DNA of 64,000 nt from the NCBI GenBank assembly GCA_965153455.1, contig OZ234493.1, positions 32,974,213 to 33,038,212 of the forward strand. The letters run 5' to 3'. Under the pieces are notes generated by a model. That model was not told the DNA's origin and did no database searches. It saw only the letters and a list, made by a program, of their open reading frames with translations. How positions within the stretch are numbered: the first letter of the stretch is position 1; each line of letters begins with the position of its first letter. This DNA is from Sphagnum compactum (lineage: Eukaryota). The position numbers were made by a program, and so were the translations under genes. Shown here piece by piece: positions 61,382 through 64,000 of the stretch.

Positions 61382-63487
61382 TCCTTCATATTTGAAAATC
61401 TTATTAGTTGACAATTTGAATATTGTCTGCTGTACAAAAACTGGCGTATGATGAATTTTCAATGATGAATATTAAATACAATTAATACATTCATGCATAA
61501 TAAAAAAATTCCAAAAAAGTGTTTATGCACAATAAATCATTCATTTGCAAAAGTTTATTTGACATCTACAATATTAAATAATACATATCCACACTAAGTC
61601 CTTCATACATAATACTCACACTCTCAGGCAATTCTTAATTTCCTGTACATCATCACATTCTATTTCAGAAGTGGTCTTCAACATATCACATAGTTATATT
61701 GTCAAAATATCAGCCAAGCTGAAATCTTATACATGTTCTATCCAGTGTTGGGTGGGTATCACAATTTTATGATACTCGTCAGGTCTGGTTTTCACAAAGT
61801 AATTAAAAAAAGGGTCCAATTCTCCTCAAAATAAATTTTTAAAACATTTCTACACCAAGCAAGGGTATCAATGTTTTTATAAAAATATTTAAATTGATTC
61901 TCGTAATGTCAGTTTTCAAAATTTTGCAAACAGATGGTTATCCTTTGACAGTTCTCACAAACAGGGTATTCCTTTATAATTTTAATTAAAATAAAAAAAT
62001 TAAATTAAAATTAAGATTTTGATTTCTTTTTTGATGACAACTCTAGCTTTTGAAAAAAATCAAAATCAAAGGACCTTCGGTTGAAGGTTTTGAAAGATTT
62101 TAAAAATAAATAATCATTTAAAATAAATTCTCCAAACATTATTACCATTTGACTTGGCCTACCATTAACAAGTACGTACCACCAAATATTAGGACTCACT
62201 TGGATCTCTCATCTCCCAAGGCAAATTAGACTTAATAAGCAAATTTTGATGTGGGTTTGGTGATGAAAGTGTCTTTTTTTAACCTTAATTAAATTAGGCT
62301 AACTTAACACCGTATTTCCAAAGTTCAAACCTATGGTCCATGAATGATCAACAAGATCCAATAAGTAGAACATTGTTCCATTTTGTATAGAAACATAATT
62401 AAGTTTGATGCTCATAACTTTTTTCTCATTACTTGTACTAATTTTTTATGGCAGCTAAACTTTGAGACCTTGACCTAGGTAAGGGGTCAAACCTTACCCG
62501 ATTCTCACATCTGAATCAATAATTCAGTTTTCAATCAGGGTATCATTCATACCCTGAGAGGATCAAACTGGGATGCCTGAATGATGCCCAAGAGTATTTT
62601 TTATACCCGCCCAAGGGTGATTTTATCCTCGTCAAATCAATAACCTTTTTCTTATTCTATTTGTGTGGAGATTTAACCAATGTTGGTCAGTTCTGGGTTC
62701 TTTCTCCAGGTTCAGTTCTGGTTTTAAGAACTGGACCCTTTGGGTTGAAGCTGCTCAAGACCTAGACAAACTGGATGCACACAAACTTGGCTTGGTGAAA
62801 GCCCTTGGTTTGGTAGATCGGGCTCAGGGTCCAAAGACCCTTTTCATAAGGTCCAGGTCTAGGTCTAGATAGGGGTGCGCCAAAAGGGAATGTAGTTCCC
62901 CAACTTTCAACTCTCAGACCTCCTTCACAATGAGGAACTCTCCCAACCACTAGGCCACCAATTTTTTTTACATAAAACAATATTATTGCTTGTTTAGTTA
63001 AACTTGTTTGCCAACATTTTACAATATTACAAATAGGGCTATTGGATGCCTTCTATTGATTTTTATTCTTTAAAAAACTTTCTTTCTAGTGATTAAGTTT
63101 TTTTTGGTTAATATTATGTTATTAGAAATGTAGTGGTTTAGATAAGGTTTTTGGTAAGGTCTAAATAGGTCTTAGGTTTAGGTTTTGAAACCCTAAAACT
63201 TGAAACCAATCTTGGACAAGGAATAAATGAGTTCTATAAAGACTAAGAGTAAATGCAAGATATGATGACTCACTTTTTGAAAAATACAAGACTTCACACA
63301 AGTTCATTTTATAATGTTAAATTTGTAATTAAGTCTAGTATCATCGATTAGATGGTAATAAATTTCAGGTATAAAAAAAAAAAGTTTATATAATAGGACA
63401 CCAAGTAGAGATTCAAAAAATTGTGTGGAATCATCATTTGACCCCAAAAAAAATTTTAAATTAAAAAAATTATATTAAGGATGTATG

Positions 63488-63875
63488 ATTCAAATATGGT
63501 TCAATTTTGGTCATCATGCAAAATCCCTAGTTAGAACTATACTACAATTGTTGAAAAAAGAATGTCACATAAAAGTAAATGTTTTTTCATGCTACACAAT
63601 ATATCAAATCATTATAAATAATTTGAAATGAAATTAAGTATGAATAAACTTGCCTATATTTTTTGACCTCAAAAAAGTCTAATATTAATATTCAAATATG
63701 GGTCAATTTCGATCATCATGTAGAATCCCCTAGTTAGAATTTGACTACAATTGTTCAAAAAAGAATGTCACATAAAAGTAAATGTTATTTCATGCTACAC
63801 AATATATCAATTCACTATAAATAATTTGAAATGGGATTAAGTATGAATAAACTTGTCCATATTTTTTGACCTCAA
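63488..63875 (+). repeat. Tandem duplication, 2 x ~202 bp
   Basis: ATTCAAATATGG.TCAATTT...CCCTAGTTAGAA...AAAAAGAATGTCACATAAAAGTAAATGTT...ATATTTTTTGACCTCAAA starts at 63488 and 63690. Confidence 0.9.
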
Positions 63876-64000
63876 ATGTTCAATATTAAGAGTGGGTGTT
63901 ACTACAACCTTATTTTCTCATGTTATGTCTTTTTCGCTACGCGCAAATTATCATTGGATTTCGTTGGTTTTTAACAGCAATGGCTATTTATCCAAGTATT

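Noticed and set aside
60861..61462. Overlapping 134-, 161- and 103-aa ORFs on both strands
   Set aside because: Explained by the GC-rich palindrome lacking stop codons; no protein family features.

Overview
AT-rich eukaryotic nuclear DNA from a land plant. The gene content and the dense, decayed MITE landscape suggest a bryophyte, possibly a Sphagnum-like moss; this is an inference and was not verified. Three intact host genes lie on the + strand: (1) a five-exon GH3 acyl-acid amido synthetase (13244-16772, 660 aa after splicing, with unusual substitutions in its nucleotide-binding motifs); (2) an intronless PDCD2-like gene (MYND finger + PDCD2_C, 23174-24655); (3) a class I LOB-domain transcription factor resembling LBD15/LBD13 (54992-55564). 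The rest is mostly transposon debris: a recently inactivated L1/Tx1-type LINE ORF2 fragment (~26.05-29.3 kb), an old LINE endonuclease remnant, two decayed hAT transposases, a CACTA-like element, several TIR MITEs (two inside GH3 introns), a probable non-autonomous Helitron, tandem duplications and several near-perfect hairpins. I found no rRNA, tRNA or CRISPR array, and no convincing wholly new multi-gene system. The best leads are the divergent GH3, the intronless PDCD2 with a site II/telo-box promoter, the regulated 5' leader of the LBD gene, and a GC-rich ~200-nt foldback at 61.2 kb.
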